From Nitrosomonas europaea (lineage in GTDB: Bacteria; Pseudomonadota; Gammaproteobacteria; Burkholderiales; Nitrosomonadaceae), in contig NZ_FUWK01000042.1 of NCBI RefSeq assembly GCF_900167395.1, positions 1 to 22,929 of the forward strand: 22,929 nt of DNA. Reading direction: 5' to 3'. Below the pieces are notes generated by a model. The model was given only the letters and a program-made list of their open reading frames with translations. It was not told the DNA's origin and ran no database searches. The position numbers were made by a program, and so were the translations under genes. Shown one piece after another: positions 14,812 to 22,929 of the stretch (position 1 is its first letter; each line of letters starts with the position of its first letter).

Positions 14812-16824
14812 TTACCTTTTTTTGTCGAATTGCAAGGTGATGCGTTGCTCGCGGGTAGTTACCGGCCAGGTCAATGTCAGTTTGGCCGCCTGCATGATTT
14901 TCTCAAACCCGCCTTCCGACTGTGAAACCGTGAAATGAGGGCAGGCGTGGAATGTTGCTGCAGAGCTGATTTTGAGTGACAGATTGCCGCCCAGTGTGTC
15001 ATCTTCCAGCGTGAGTGCAGTCAGATCGCCGAGTTCGATGGCGCTCCCGAAGCCGGACAGAGCGATACGATCTCTGACATAACGTCCCCCCGGTCCGTCA
15101 CAACTGGGCATGGCCAGGTTGATTTCCGTCTGCATATGCCCTGCTACTTCATTTGTGCATTCATACGTTACCAGCAACCGGTTGGCGGAAATCCGAAAGT
15201 ATTTGTGTATCAGCCCGGCGCCTGCCACTGTCTGGAAAATGATTTCATCCTCCCGGGTTGAGGGTTGCAACTGGTAGTGTAATGATTCACCGTTCAGGCG
15301 ATCGATGAAGAGAGATTGTGCATGCGGATCCGGTTCGAGATCAGCATGACCGATTTTATGTTTGAAGCTGACCCGATCATGTGCCGAGGCGATCCCTGAC
15401 TGGTCATGTGTCGAATTTTCCCCGGAATTCAGCCGGATTTTACGGTAGTAATGTTCCGTCTGGCGAGTGAGTGTGTCAGCAAAATTGTGTTTGAGTGGGT
15501 AAGTGTCGAGTTCACAGATACTGGCGCCGCCATCCAGTTTCAGGATGATTTGCACGATTCCATTCTGCAGATGAATTTCTTCCGTACCATCCAGATCGAT
15601 ATCTTCCTGATACCGGGCAGTGCGGGGGACGCACTGATCGAGCAGTGCTTCCAGCTCGATCAGATTATTGTAGACGGCGCGTCGCAAATGGGGGAGATAC
15701 AGGCCGCCGAATAATCCGTGCCAGTAGGCATCGTTAGCCTGGGAAGCGTACAGGCATTGCTGCATGGCATCCGTGCGCTGGCTTGCCGGCAGCCGCGCGT
15801 AACGTGCGGAAAGGCCGAGCATGCGCTTGTGCATCCAGTTGGATTCAGGGTAACGCGAAAAAAAGTTTTTCCAGATTCCACCACGCAGAAAAGATTTGTT
15901 GGGCTCATACCAGCCCGCTGCCTTGGCCTGTTGAACCAGATCGGCATAGGTGTGAGCGGGCTCGGCAGGCAGCGTCCACTCGTTCATCTCGATGTAGGAT
16001 GTGGTAGGGAGGTAGAGGATGCCGCGGGTTTTCTCGCTGGCATGGTAATCCCGGTAGTGTTGCATCCGGATACGGGGAGAGGCGAGCACACCCTGAATGA
16101 ATTGTTCCAGCCAGCCTCGTTCATAAACCCACTGATAGGTTTCCGGCCAGATACCGAATTTCTCGATGTCATCAAAATAGACCGCGGCGGGCTGACGTCC
16201 GGTGGTGGCCTGATCAGTCAGTGATTCGATATAGGCGATGGCTTCCTGTGCGGGAGAAAACGGGAGCCGGTAGCGCAGGGCTTCTGATATCGGAAAAAGA
16301 TCCAGAGAGTGACGATCTTCTTCAGTGGTGAAAAAGCCATCCAGTTCCGTTTTACGTTTGCCGGCACAGATGAAGTGGTAGTCATCCACGATCACGTAAC
16401 GGATACCGCATCTTGTCAGCGCGGGAATGACCGTGGATTCCCAGACACGTTCGGTCAGCCAGGCGCCTTGCGGTCGCTGGCCCAGTTTTTTCTTGAGCTT
16501 GGTCGAAAAGGTTCTGAGCTGGCCGACCCGGTCGCGCTCGGGGATGGCTGCCAGTACCGGCTCGGTATCTCCTGCGCCGAACAGCTCGACTTGCCCGCGT
16601 GTGACCATTTCACGCAGCAACGCCATATCCTGCGGATAATGTTCGAACAGAAAATCCAGCAGCCAGCCTGAGAAATGGACAGCGAAACGAAATTCCGGAT
16701 AACGGTGCAGAGTATGCAGAAACGGCTTGTAACAGCGTTCATGTGCGTCGATGACGACTTCCGGAAAATTACCGATCGGCTGGTGGGCGTGGACACCAAA
16801 AAGGAATGATACGGAAGAAGTCAT
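14812..16824 (-). CDS. GH57 family 4-alpha-glucanotransferase-like enzyme (Thermococcus litoralis TLGT type)
   Basis: The N-terminus is FLFGVHAHQPIGNF. WLTERVWES is the nucleophile-Glu region and YFDDIEKFGIWP is the acid/base-Asp region. GGIWKNFFSRYPESNWMHKRM and NDAYWHGLFGGLYLPHLRR also match the TLGT-type sequence as I recall it. Confidence 0.85.
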   Translation of the reverse strand: MTSSVSFLFGVHAHQPIGNFPEVVIDAHERCYKPFLHTLHRYPEFRFAVHFSGWLLDFLFEHYPQDMALLREMVTRGQVELFGAGDTEPVLAAIPERDRVGQLRTFSTKLKKKLGQRPQGAWLTERVWESTVIPALTRCGIRYVIVDDYHFICAGKRKTELDGFFTTEEDRHSLDLFPISEALRYRLPFSPAQEAIAYIESLTDQATTGRQPAAVYFDDIEKFGIWPETYQWVYERGWLEQFIQGVLASPRIRMQHYRDYHASEKTRGILYLPTTSYIEMNEWTLPAEPAHTYADLVQQAKAAGWYEPNKSFLRGGIWKNFFSRYPESNWMHKRMLGLSARYARLPASQRTDAMQQCLYASQANDAYWHGLFGGLYLPHLRRAVYNNLIELEALLDQCVPRTARYQEDIDLDGTEEIHLQNGIVQIILKLDGGASICELDTYPLKHNFADTLTRQTEHYYRKIRLNSGENSTHDQSGIASAHDRVSFKHKIGHADLEPDPHAQSLFIDRLNGESLHYQLQPSTREDEIIFQTVAGAGLIHKYFRISANRLLVTYECTNEVAGHMQTEINLAMPSCDGPGGRYVRDRIALSGFGSAIELGDLTALTLEDDTLGGNLSLKISSAATFHACPHFTVSQSEGGFEKIMQAAKLTLTWPVTTREQRITLQFDKKR

Positions 16825-16894
16825 CAGAGTATCCTGCAGGTCAAGTGTTTATCGGCTATTCCATAGTGTCTGTACCAGGTTCTATGTATCTGGA

Positions 16895-18616
16895 TCAGGA
16901 AGCGGCATGTCGCATCGCGCCACTTTCGCCGGTTGATGTTCCCCCCCGGCTGATGGGTTCGAGTATGGTGACCGGAGCAGGGATTTTCAGCAGGCGATAA
17001 AGGTTGGCGAGATTTCGGCGGAAAGCGAAATCAAAGCTTTCCACTGAATGCGGTGAATTGTAATCACCGAACCACCAGAACCAGTCTGAACTTTCACATG
17101 AAGCGAGCTGTTTTCCGGCTGCTGTCTTTTCTTCGTCCGTCAGACGCGGGCCCTGCATGACGAGATCATAACTGTGTTTGGCGGCACATAACAGTTCCCA
17201 GGCAAGATTTTTATCGTGATCACCAATCCAGGTGGAAAAGCTGCCATATACCCAGCTTCCGGCGGTAAGCGCTGGTAAACGGGTTACTTTAACCTTGCTC
17301 TCAGACAGTCCGGCACTATATTCTCGGAAGGTTGTGGTACGGATATCAGGGCTTTTCTCCAGCATTTCGTACAGATCGTTCAGGAAGTAGTAGCCATTGT
17401 AGGGATAGGATTCCCAGGCATTTTCACCATCCAGAATCACACTGACGACCGGGGCGGGATTGTTATGGATCTCGTTGCGAATCTGTTTGAGCCGTTGCAT
17501 GAAATTTTCGGCAGCATCATGCCCAAACCATTTGGAGTATTCGAATCCGATCATGTCGGATAACTGATCATCCCGGTAAAAGCACAGAATACTGCTGTTT
17601 CCGGTTTCAAACCGGTATGGACGGTAAAGATATTCGTTACGGGCCGGCAAAGGTTGATCAGGATGGGATTTGCGCAAGCTGTTGGCCAGAACGCCTTCAC
17701 CGCTGGCACACCACTGACGGCCGTGTTCGATCAGGATGTCGAGCAATGGCTCCGATACAGCTCCTTCGGCCGGCCATACGCCGGCAGGATCGCTGCCAAA
17801 CCGTCTCCGATGGCTGTCGATGGCGGACTGCAGATGGAATGCCACCCGCTTGCGTCCGCCCGGATAGACGGGACTGGTGGGCAGCATGGCTTCAGGCAGG
17901 CTGTCCCGCGCGGAAGTGAAATCGATCAGCAGGGGTGCGAGCGGATGATAGTGTGGTGTGGTGGAAAGCTCGATCTGGCCGGATTCCGCCAGTTTGCGGT
18001 AGCGCGGAATGATATTCTGAATGAGCTTGCCAATGAGATGAAACAGCAGCATCCGGTCACCATGGCTGAACAGTTTGCCCTGCGACATGAGGTTGACGAC
18101 GCATTCATTTTCCCGGCGCACACTTTCGCCTGTCCATGCGAGGTGATACCACACCAGCAGATCGGCCAGATACTGGCCGGAGATGTACATGAGTTCCTTG
18201 TCGCCCATTTTCAACAGATGATCATACAGATCACGCAGATACTGATAGGACGGATAGGGCCTGAGCATGGTGTCATGATTGTTCAGGAAGCAGCTGTTCA
18301 GGATCAGCCGGCGCTCAGCGGGAGAAATCCGGTCGAGATCAGGTACCGCGAGCAGGCGCAGTAACGGGTCACGAATCGTACCGTGCGTAAATTGGTCAGC
18401 ATAGTCTTCCAGCTGATCCAGCAGGACAGGAACGAAATTCACGACCAGCCTGATATTCGGATGCTTTTCAAGATGATGCGCCATGTCGGTATAGTCCTTG
18501 ATGGCATGCAGATAGACCCACGGCAGCATGTATTCACCGGTTTTATAGTCCCGGTAATCCGGCTGGTGCATGTGCCAGAGCAGAACGAGATCAAGTGTGG
18601 AAGAACGGCTGGTCAT
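16895..18616 (-). CDS. GH57 family glycoside hydrolase (amylase/pullulanase-like subgroup, specificity unknown)
   Basis: LLWHMHQPDYRD (GH57 region 1), VWPAEGAVS (nucleophile-Glu region), ILDGENAWESYP (acid/base region). 573 aa. Confidence 0.82.
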   Translation of the reverse strand: MTSRSSTLDLVLLWHMHQPDYRDYKTGEYMLPWVYLHAIKDYTDMAHHLEKHPNIRLVVNFVPVLLDQLEDYADQFTHGTIRDPLLRLLAVPDLDRISPAERRLILNSCFLNNHDTMLRPYPSYQYLRDLYDHLLKMGDKELMYISGQYLADLLVWYHLAWTGESVRRENECVVNLMSQGKLFSHGDRMLLFHLIGKLIQNIIPRYRKLAESGQIELSTTPHYHPLAPLLIDFTSARDSLPEAMLPTSPVYPGGRKRVAFHLQSAIDSHRRRFGSDPAGVWPAEGAVSEPLLDILIEHGRQWCASGEGVLANSLRKSHPDQPLPARNEYLYRPYRFETGNSSILCFYRDDQLSDMIGFEYSKWFGHDAAENFMQRLKQIRNEIHNNPAPVVSVILDGENAWESYPYNGYYFLNDLYEMLEKSPDIRTTTFREYSAGLSESKVKVTRLPALTAGSWVYGSFSTWIGDHDKNLAWELLCAAKHSYDLVMQGPRLTDEEKTAAGKQLASCESSDWFWWFGDYNSPHSVESFDFAFRRNLANLYRLLKIPAPVTILEPISRGGTSTGESGAMRHAAS

Positions 18617-18682
18617 CGTGTATCAGTTCATGTATATAAAGTTGCTGATAGTCATCCCGGTTTTACGGCCGGACTGGAAAAT

Positions 18683-19984
18683 TCAGCGGATGTAGTGGAT
18701 GCCCTGTCCCAGCATTTCCGGCGTAATCAGCGTAATCCCGTCATCCGTGACATAAAAATGTTTCCTGTCTTCATCAGGATTGAAACCGACTTTAAGGCCT
18801 TCTGGTATCTGGCATTCCTTCTCCACCACTACCCGTTTGAGGTAGGCGTGTCGGTCGATGCTGACATTGGGGAGGATGACCGAATCTTCGATAGTGCTGT
18901 AGCCACGTATCTGAACATTGGAAAACAGCAGGGAGCGGCGTACTGTTGCACCACTGATGATGCACCCGCCGGATACCATTGAATCCAGCGCCTGACCACG
19001 ACGATCATCATCGTCGAACACAAATTTGGCGGGTGGCAGTTGCTCCTGATGAGTCCAGATCGGCCAGTCTTCATCGTACAGATTCAGATCCGGCGTGATA
19101 GTCGTGAGATCGATATTGGCTTTCCAGTAAGCATCCACTGTTCCCACATCACGCCAGTAAGGCACACCTGAAGCCATATTGACACAACTGTTCTGGAAGC
19201 GGTGTGCGTATACCCGGGCATTACTTGCCACCAGACGGGGTATCACATCTTTGCCGAAATCGTGTGAGGACTGATCCATATCGTGATCCTGGATCAGTTG
19301 CTCGTACAGAAATTTTGCATTGAAGACATAAATGCCCATACTGATCAGAGCATGACCAGGCTTTCCGGGAATCGGAGCCGGATGTTCAGGTTTCTCGGCG
19401 AAGCTGGTGGTACGCCAGCTGTCATCTACTGCCATGACACCGAATGCGCTGGCATCTTCCACCGGAACTTCCAGGCAGGCAATCGTCAGATCTGCCTGTC
19501 TCTCGACGTGTTCGGCCAGTATCCGACCGTAATCCATTTTATAGATGTGATCACCGCCGAGGATCAGCACATAACCGGGATTATGCGTGCGGAGAATGTC
19601 GAGATTCTGGAAGACCGCATCAGCCGTGCCCTGGTACCAGGTTCCTTCTTCTGTACGCTGCTGTGCAGGTAACAGCTCGATGAATTCCTGGAACCGGCCA
19701 TCGAGAAAACTCCAGCCGCGCTGGATATGACGTATCAGGCTCTGTGCCTTGTATTGAGTGACCACACCAATGCGCCGGACTCCCGAGTTGACGCAATTGG
19801 ACAGCGTGAAATCGATGATGCGGAATTTACCGCCGAACGGAACGGCCGGTTTTGCACGCCAGTCCGTCAGGTTTTTCAGACGTGTTCCGCGACCGCCTGC
19901 CAGAATCAGTGCAAGTGTATTGCGGGTAAGTGTACTGACGAAACGCGGATTATCATTCGTCTGGACAGCTGGTTGAACTTTCAT
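18683..19984 (-). CDS. glgC: glucose-1-phosphate adenylyltransferase (ADP-glucose pyrophosphorylase)
   Basis: LILAGGRGTRLKNLTDWRAKPAVPFGGKFRIIDFTLSNCVNSG is the classic GlgC N-terminus, and there is a C-terminal left-handed beta-helix region. The preferred start is the ATG at 19984 (MKVQPA...), preceded by GAGGAG. The ORF-track start at 20023 adds 13 unsupported residues. Confidence 0.94.
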   Translation of the reverse strand: MKVQPAVQTNDNPRFVSTLTRNTLALILAGGRGTRLKNLTDWRAKPAVPFGGKFRIIDFTLSNCVNSGVRRIGVVTQYKAQSLIRHIQRGWSFLDGRFQEFIELLPAQQRTEEGTWYQGTADAVFQNLDILRTHNPGYVLILGGDHIYKMDYGRILAEHVERQADLTIACLEVPVEDASAFGVMAVDDSWRTTSFAEKPEHPAPIPGKPGHALISMGIYVFNAKFLYEQLIQDHDMDQSSHDFGKDVIPRLVASNARVYAHRFQNSCVNMASGVPYWRDVGTVDAYWKANIDLTTITPDLNLYDEDWPIWTHQEQLPPAKFVFDDDDRRGQALDSMVSGGCIISGATVRRSLLFSNVQIRGYSTIEDSVILPNVSIDRHAYLKRVVVEKECQIPEGLKVGFNPDEDRKHFYVTDDGITLITPEMLGQGIHYIR

Positions 19985-20054
19985 GGTCTCCTCGCTGATT
20001 TGCAGTGTTTTAAAAAACCGCATACCCTGTTGGTCATCTTACTTGATCCGAATA

Positions 20055-20080
20055 ACCATTACCAGCCACCATTACCAGCC
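20055..20080. repeat. perfect tandem duplication of the 13-mer ACCATTACCAGCC in the glgC/glgB divergent intergenic region
   Basis: Units at 20055-20067 and 20068-20080, read directly. A third CCATTA half-unit follows at 20079-20084. The repeat lies 21 nt upstream of the glgB ATG. Confidence 0.6.
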
Positions 20081-20100
20081 ATTATGGCAAATCCATATCA

Positions 20101-22305
20101 ATGAAATCCTTATCTTCTTCATCCCCGGGTTCGTCGGAGGATTCTGCACAATCATTACTGCTGACCGCCAGGCTGTACGATCCCTGTTCTTTCCTGGGAA
20201 TGCACGCTGCTCCAAATGGCAGGCTGATCAGGGTGTTTCAGCCTTATATGTCACGTGTGTGGCTGCATACCCTGTCGGGCTATCAGCCAATGCGAAGCGT
20301 ACATCAGGACGGGATCTTCGAATGGGAGGGGGAAGGGGTCATGCACCCCTATCTGCTGCGTATGGAAAATACGGCAACCGGGGTGATCGAAGAACGGCAT
20401 GATCCCTATGCCTTCCCCATGCAGATTTCAGGCCACGACTTGTATCTGTTCAATGAAGGGCGCCTGCTTCAGGCTTATCATATGCTGGGTGCTCACCGGG
20501 TCAGGAATCATGGTGTCACCGGCACACGTTTTGCCGTATGGGCACCGAATGCCGAACGGGTCAGCGTCGTTGGAGATTTCAATCGCTGGGATGGCAGGGT
20601 ATATCCCATGATGGTGCATGGCCACAGCGGGGTATGGGAGCTGTTCATTCCGGATTTACCCGAGGGAGCGATATATAAATATGAAATCCGCAATCGGATC
20701 AGCGGTGAGATCCTGCTCAAGACCGACCCTTATGCAACGACATATGAACTGCGCCCCAATAATGCCGCACTGACTCCGATCGAGCAGAAATACGACTGGA
20801 AGGATGACGATTGGATAGCCCGGCGCAAAGGCTGGGACTGGCTGCATGCCCCTCTCAACATCTATGAACTGCATGTCGGTTCGTGGAAGCGCCATCCGGA
20901 TGGCAGATTCTATTCCTATCATGAACTTGCCGATCATCTGATTCCTTATCTGCAGGATATGGGGTATTCCCATGTCGAATTGCTGCCGATATCGGAACAT
21001 CCGCTGGATGAATCATGGGGGTATCAGGCCACCGGCTATTTTGCGGTGACGAGCCGCTATGGCAGTCCGGAAGCATTCATGAGCTTCGTGGACAGATGTC
21101 ATCAGGCCGGGATTGGCGTGATTCTCGACTGGGTTCCCGCACATTTTCCGCAGGACAGTTTTTCACTGGCGCGGTTTGACGGCACTGCCCTGTATGAGCA
21201 TGAAGATCCGCGGCTGGGCTACCACCACGACTGGGGAACATATATCTTCAATTATGGCCGCAACGAGGTGAAATCCTTTCTGCTCTCCAGCGCCCATTAC
21301 TGGCTGTCTGCTTTTCATATCGATGGTTTACGTGTGGATGCCGTGGCTTCCATGCTTTACCTGAATTACTCACGCAAGGAAGGAGAATGGCTGCCAAACC
21401 GCTATGGCGGACATGAAAATCTGGAAGCGATCGAGTTTCTGCGGGCACTGAATACCATGGTGCACGGGGAATTTCCGGGTGCGCTGACATTCGCCGAGGA
21501 ATCCACTTCCTGGCCGGCGGTATCCCGCCCGGCCTACCTTGGCGGATTGGGCTTCTCCATGAAATGGAACATGGGCTGGATGAATGATACGCTGAGTTAT
21601 ATGCAGCATGACCCGGTGCATCGGCGCTATCACCACAACGAGCTGACGTTCAACCAGCTCTATGCCTACACCGAAAATTTCGTGCTGCCGCTTTCGCATG
21701 ATGAAGTGGTGCATGGCAAGAAGTCCATGCTGGACAAGATGCCGGGCGATGGCTGGCAGAAATTTGCCAATCTGCGCCTGCTGTTTACCTATCAGATGAC
21801 CTGCCCGGGCAAGAAAATCAACTTCATGGGAAATGAACTCGGCCAGGGGCATGAATGGCGCGTGGGTCATGAACTCGACTGGTACCTGCTGGAACGTGAT
21901 CCGCATCGCGGTATACAGGCGCTGACGCGCGATCTGAACCACCTTTACCTGAATACACCGGCGCTGCATGAACTGGATTTCTTTGCCGAAGGTTTTTCCT
22001 GGATCGATTGCCATGACGTGGAGCAATCGGTCATCAGCTACCAGCGCCACGCCAGAGATGGATCATTTGTGCTGGTAGTGCTCAACTTTACCCCGATACT
22101 GCGTACCGGTTACCGTGTCGGCATCCCGGGATCGAGTGCTTACCAGGAAGTGTTCAACAGTGATTCAATTTATTACGACGGCAGTAATGCCGGAAATGCC
22201 GGAAAAATCAGCCCGACCGGGCAACCCTGGTCCGGCCAGCCTGATTCCATCATCATTACACTGCCTCCTTTGGCAGGTGTCATTCTGAAAGCGGCAGATG
22301 GTTGA
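20101..22305 (+). CDS. glgB: 1,4-alpha-glucan branching enzyme (GH13 subfamily 9)
   Basis: 734 aa. Motifs: [22 protein letters not shown] (CBM48 region), [43 protein letters not shown] (GH13 conserved regions I-IV). Confidence 0.95.
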
Positions 22306-22339
22306 GTGTAAAAATCACAATTCAATCTACGGTTACGAG

Positions 22340-22381
22340 TTATCGGACAGTCAGCGCTTTTTGAGACGCACTGTCCGATAA
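22340..22381. repeat. 12-bp perfect inverted repeat downstream of glgB
   Basis: TTATCGGACAGT (22340-22351) and ACTGTCCGATAA (22370-22381) with an 18-nt loop. It starts 35 nt after the glgB stop and overlaps the last codons of the transposase remnant on the - strand. Confidence 0.5.
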
Positions 22382-22603
22382 TTCCTGCGTAGTATCGATT
22401 ATTTTCGATTGTGCAAGTTCTTTGGTATCGCGGGAGGTCTGCATCGAGGTTTTACCGTAGCGGTATTTCCCGGAATAGGGCCGTTCGTTGTATTTTCGCA
22501 GCCACATCATCCATATCGGTTTGCAATGCTTCCAGGTCGTAATACAGCTTTTTACGGAAGGCGATGTTGTAAAATTCATCCTGCTAGGTGTTTGGTCCCG
22601 CAT
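22340..22603 (-). pseudogene. 3' remnant of an rve/DDE integrase-type transposase gene, frameshifted and 5'-truncated
   Basis: Two frames together read ...T(TAG)QDEFYNIAFRKKLYYDLEALQTDMDD | WLRKYNERPYSGKYRYGKTSMQT..., the conserved C-terminal end of integrase-core transposases (EFY..AFRKK.Y...LQ.D.D.WL..YN.ERP..G...GKTP.Q). One extra base near 22505 breaks the frame. An in-frame TAG sits where Leu (TTG) is expected. Confidence 0.6.
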
Positions 22604-22929
22604 TGTGATGGTGTATTGTATGATTTGCTACCGACACAGGAGGAATTATGGGACAGATATTACACGGGAGCGCCCGCACGACAGCGGCGGTGCGTCGAGC
22701 GATACAACATAGTGAAGAGAGCCTGAATGTGCTGGCCAGGCGCTACGCCATCAATCCCAAGACGGTGGCGAAATGGAAGAAGCGCAACTTTACGCACGAT
22801 GCCAGGATGGGTCCGAAAGAGCCGCGTTCCACGGTTCTGACACCAGAGCAGGAAGCCGCTTGCGTAGCCTTCCGCAAACATACGCTGCTGCCGTTGGATG
22901 ACTGCCTTTACGCCTTGCAAAGCAGCATT
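22604..22929 (+). mobile_element. left end of an IS481-family insertion sequence (continues beyond the window)
   Basis: The putative terminal repeat starts TGTGATGGTGTATTGTATG at 22604, and IS481-type ends begin 5'-TGTGA. This is exactly where similarity of the older remnant is lost. The transposase ATG follows 44 nt later. Confidence 0.55.
22648..22929 (+). CDS. IS481-family transposase, N-terminal 94 codons (3' end outside the window, so absent from the ORF track)
   Basis: AGGAGG lies 4 nt upstream of the ATG. The frame is open to the window edge. MGQILHGSARTTAAVRRAIQHSEESLNVLARRYAINPKTVAKWKKR...TVLTPEQEAACVAFRKHTLLPLDDCLYALQ matches the highly conserved HTH N-terminus of this transposase group. 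Confidence 0.85.
   Translation, partial: MGQILHGSARTTAAVRRAIQHSEESLNVLARRYAINPKTVAKWKKRNFTHDARMGPKEPRSTVLTPEQEAACVAFRKHTLLPLDDCLYALQSSI

Noticed and set aside
19985-20023. N-terminal extensions offered by the ORF track: glgC from 20023, yeeE from 11786, and the adaptor from GTG 6023.
   Set aside because: Internal ATGs at 19984, 11750 and 6050 each have an SD at appropriate spacing and give N-termini matching the family norm. The extensions add non-conserved residues.
1-22929. CRISPR arrays, tRNA or rRNA genes, prophage or defence-island signatures, and toxin-antitoxin pairs.
   Set aside because: I saw no regularly spaced repeats, no cloverleaf-compatible segments in the intergenic regions, and no ORFs with nuclease, ATPase or defence-type motifs. 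The only mobile DNA consists of IS-derived sequences.

Overview
This is a chromosomal window of about 50% GC. Its gene content looks like a chemolithoautotrophic betaproteobacterium such as Nitrosomonas, but that is inference only. Left to right: the 3' part of a multihaem c-type cytochrome; a polytopic membrane protein of unknown family; a DEAD-box RNA helicase (RhlE-like); a decayed DDE-transposase relic; an animal-haem-peroxidase-family enzyme; a convergent pair of small ORFs sharing a bidirectional terminator, one of them absent from the ORF track; a two-gene RND efflux unit (lipoprotein adaptor plus AcrB-type permease); a translationally coupled YeeE/YeeD (TsuA/TsuB-like) thiosulfate-uptake pair; and a minus-strand alpha-glucan cluster (glgC, GH57, GH57 4-alpha-glucanotransferase-like, ~900-aa GH63-like glycosidase) placed divergently to glgB. 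At the right edge an IS481-family element appears to be inserted into an older, frameshifted transposase remnant. I recognised no tRNA, rRNA or CRISPR array. I found no convincing wholly novel multi-gene system. The best leads are the non-classical glycogen module with its uncharacterised large glycosidase, the signal-peptide-less haem peroxidase next to an IS relic, and the unannotated small membrane and Cys-rich ORF pair upstream of the RND pump. All family assignments rest on motifs I read in the translations. No database search was run.
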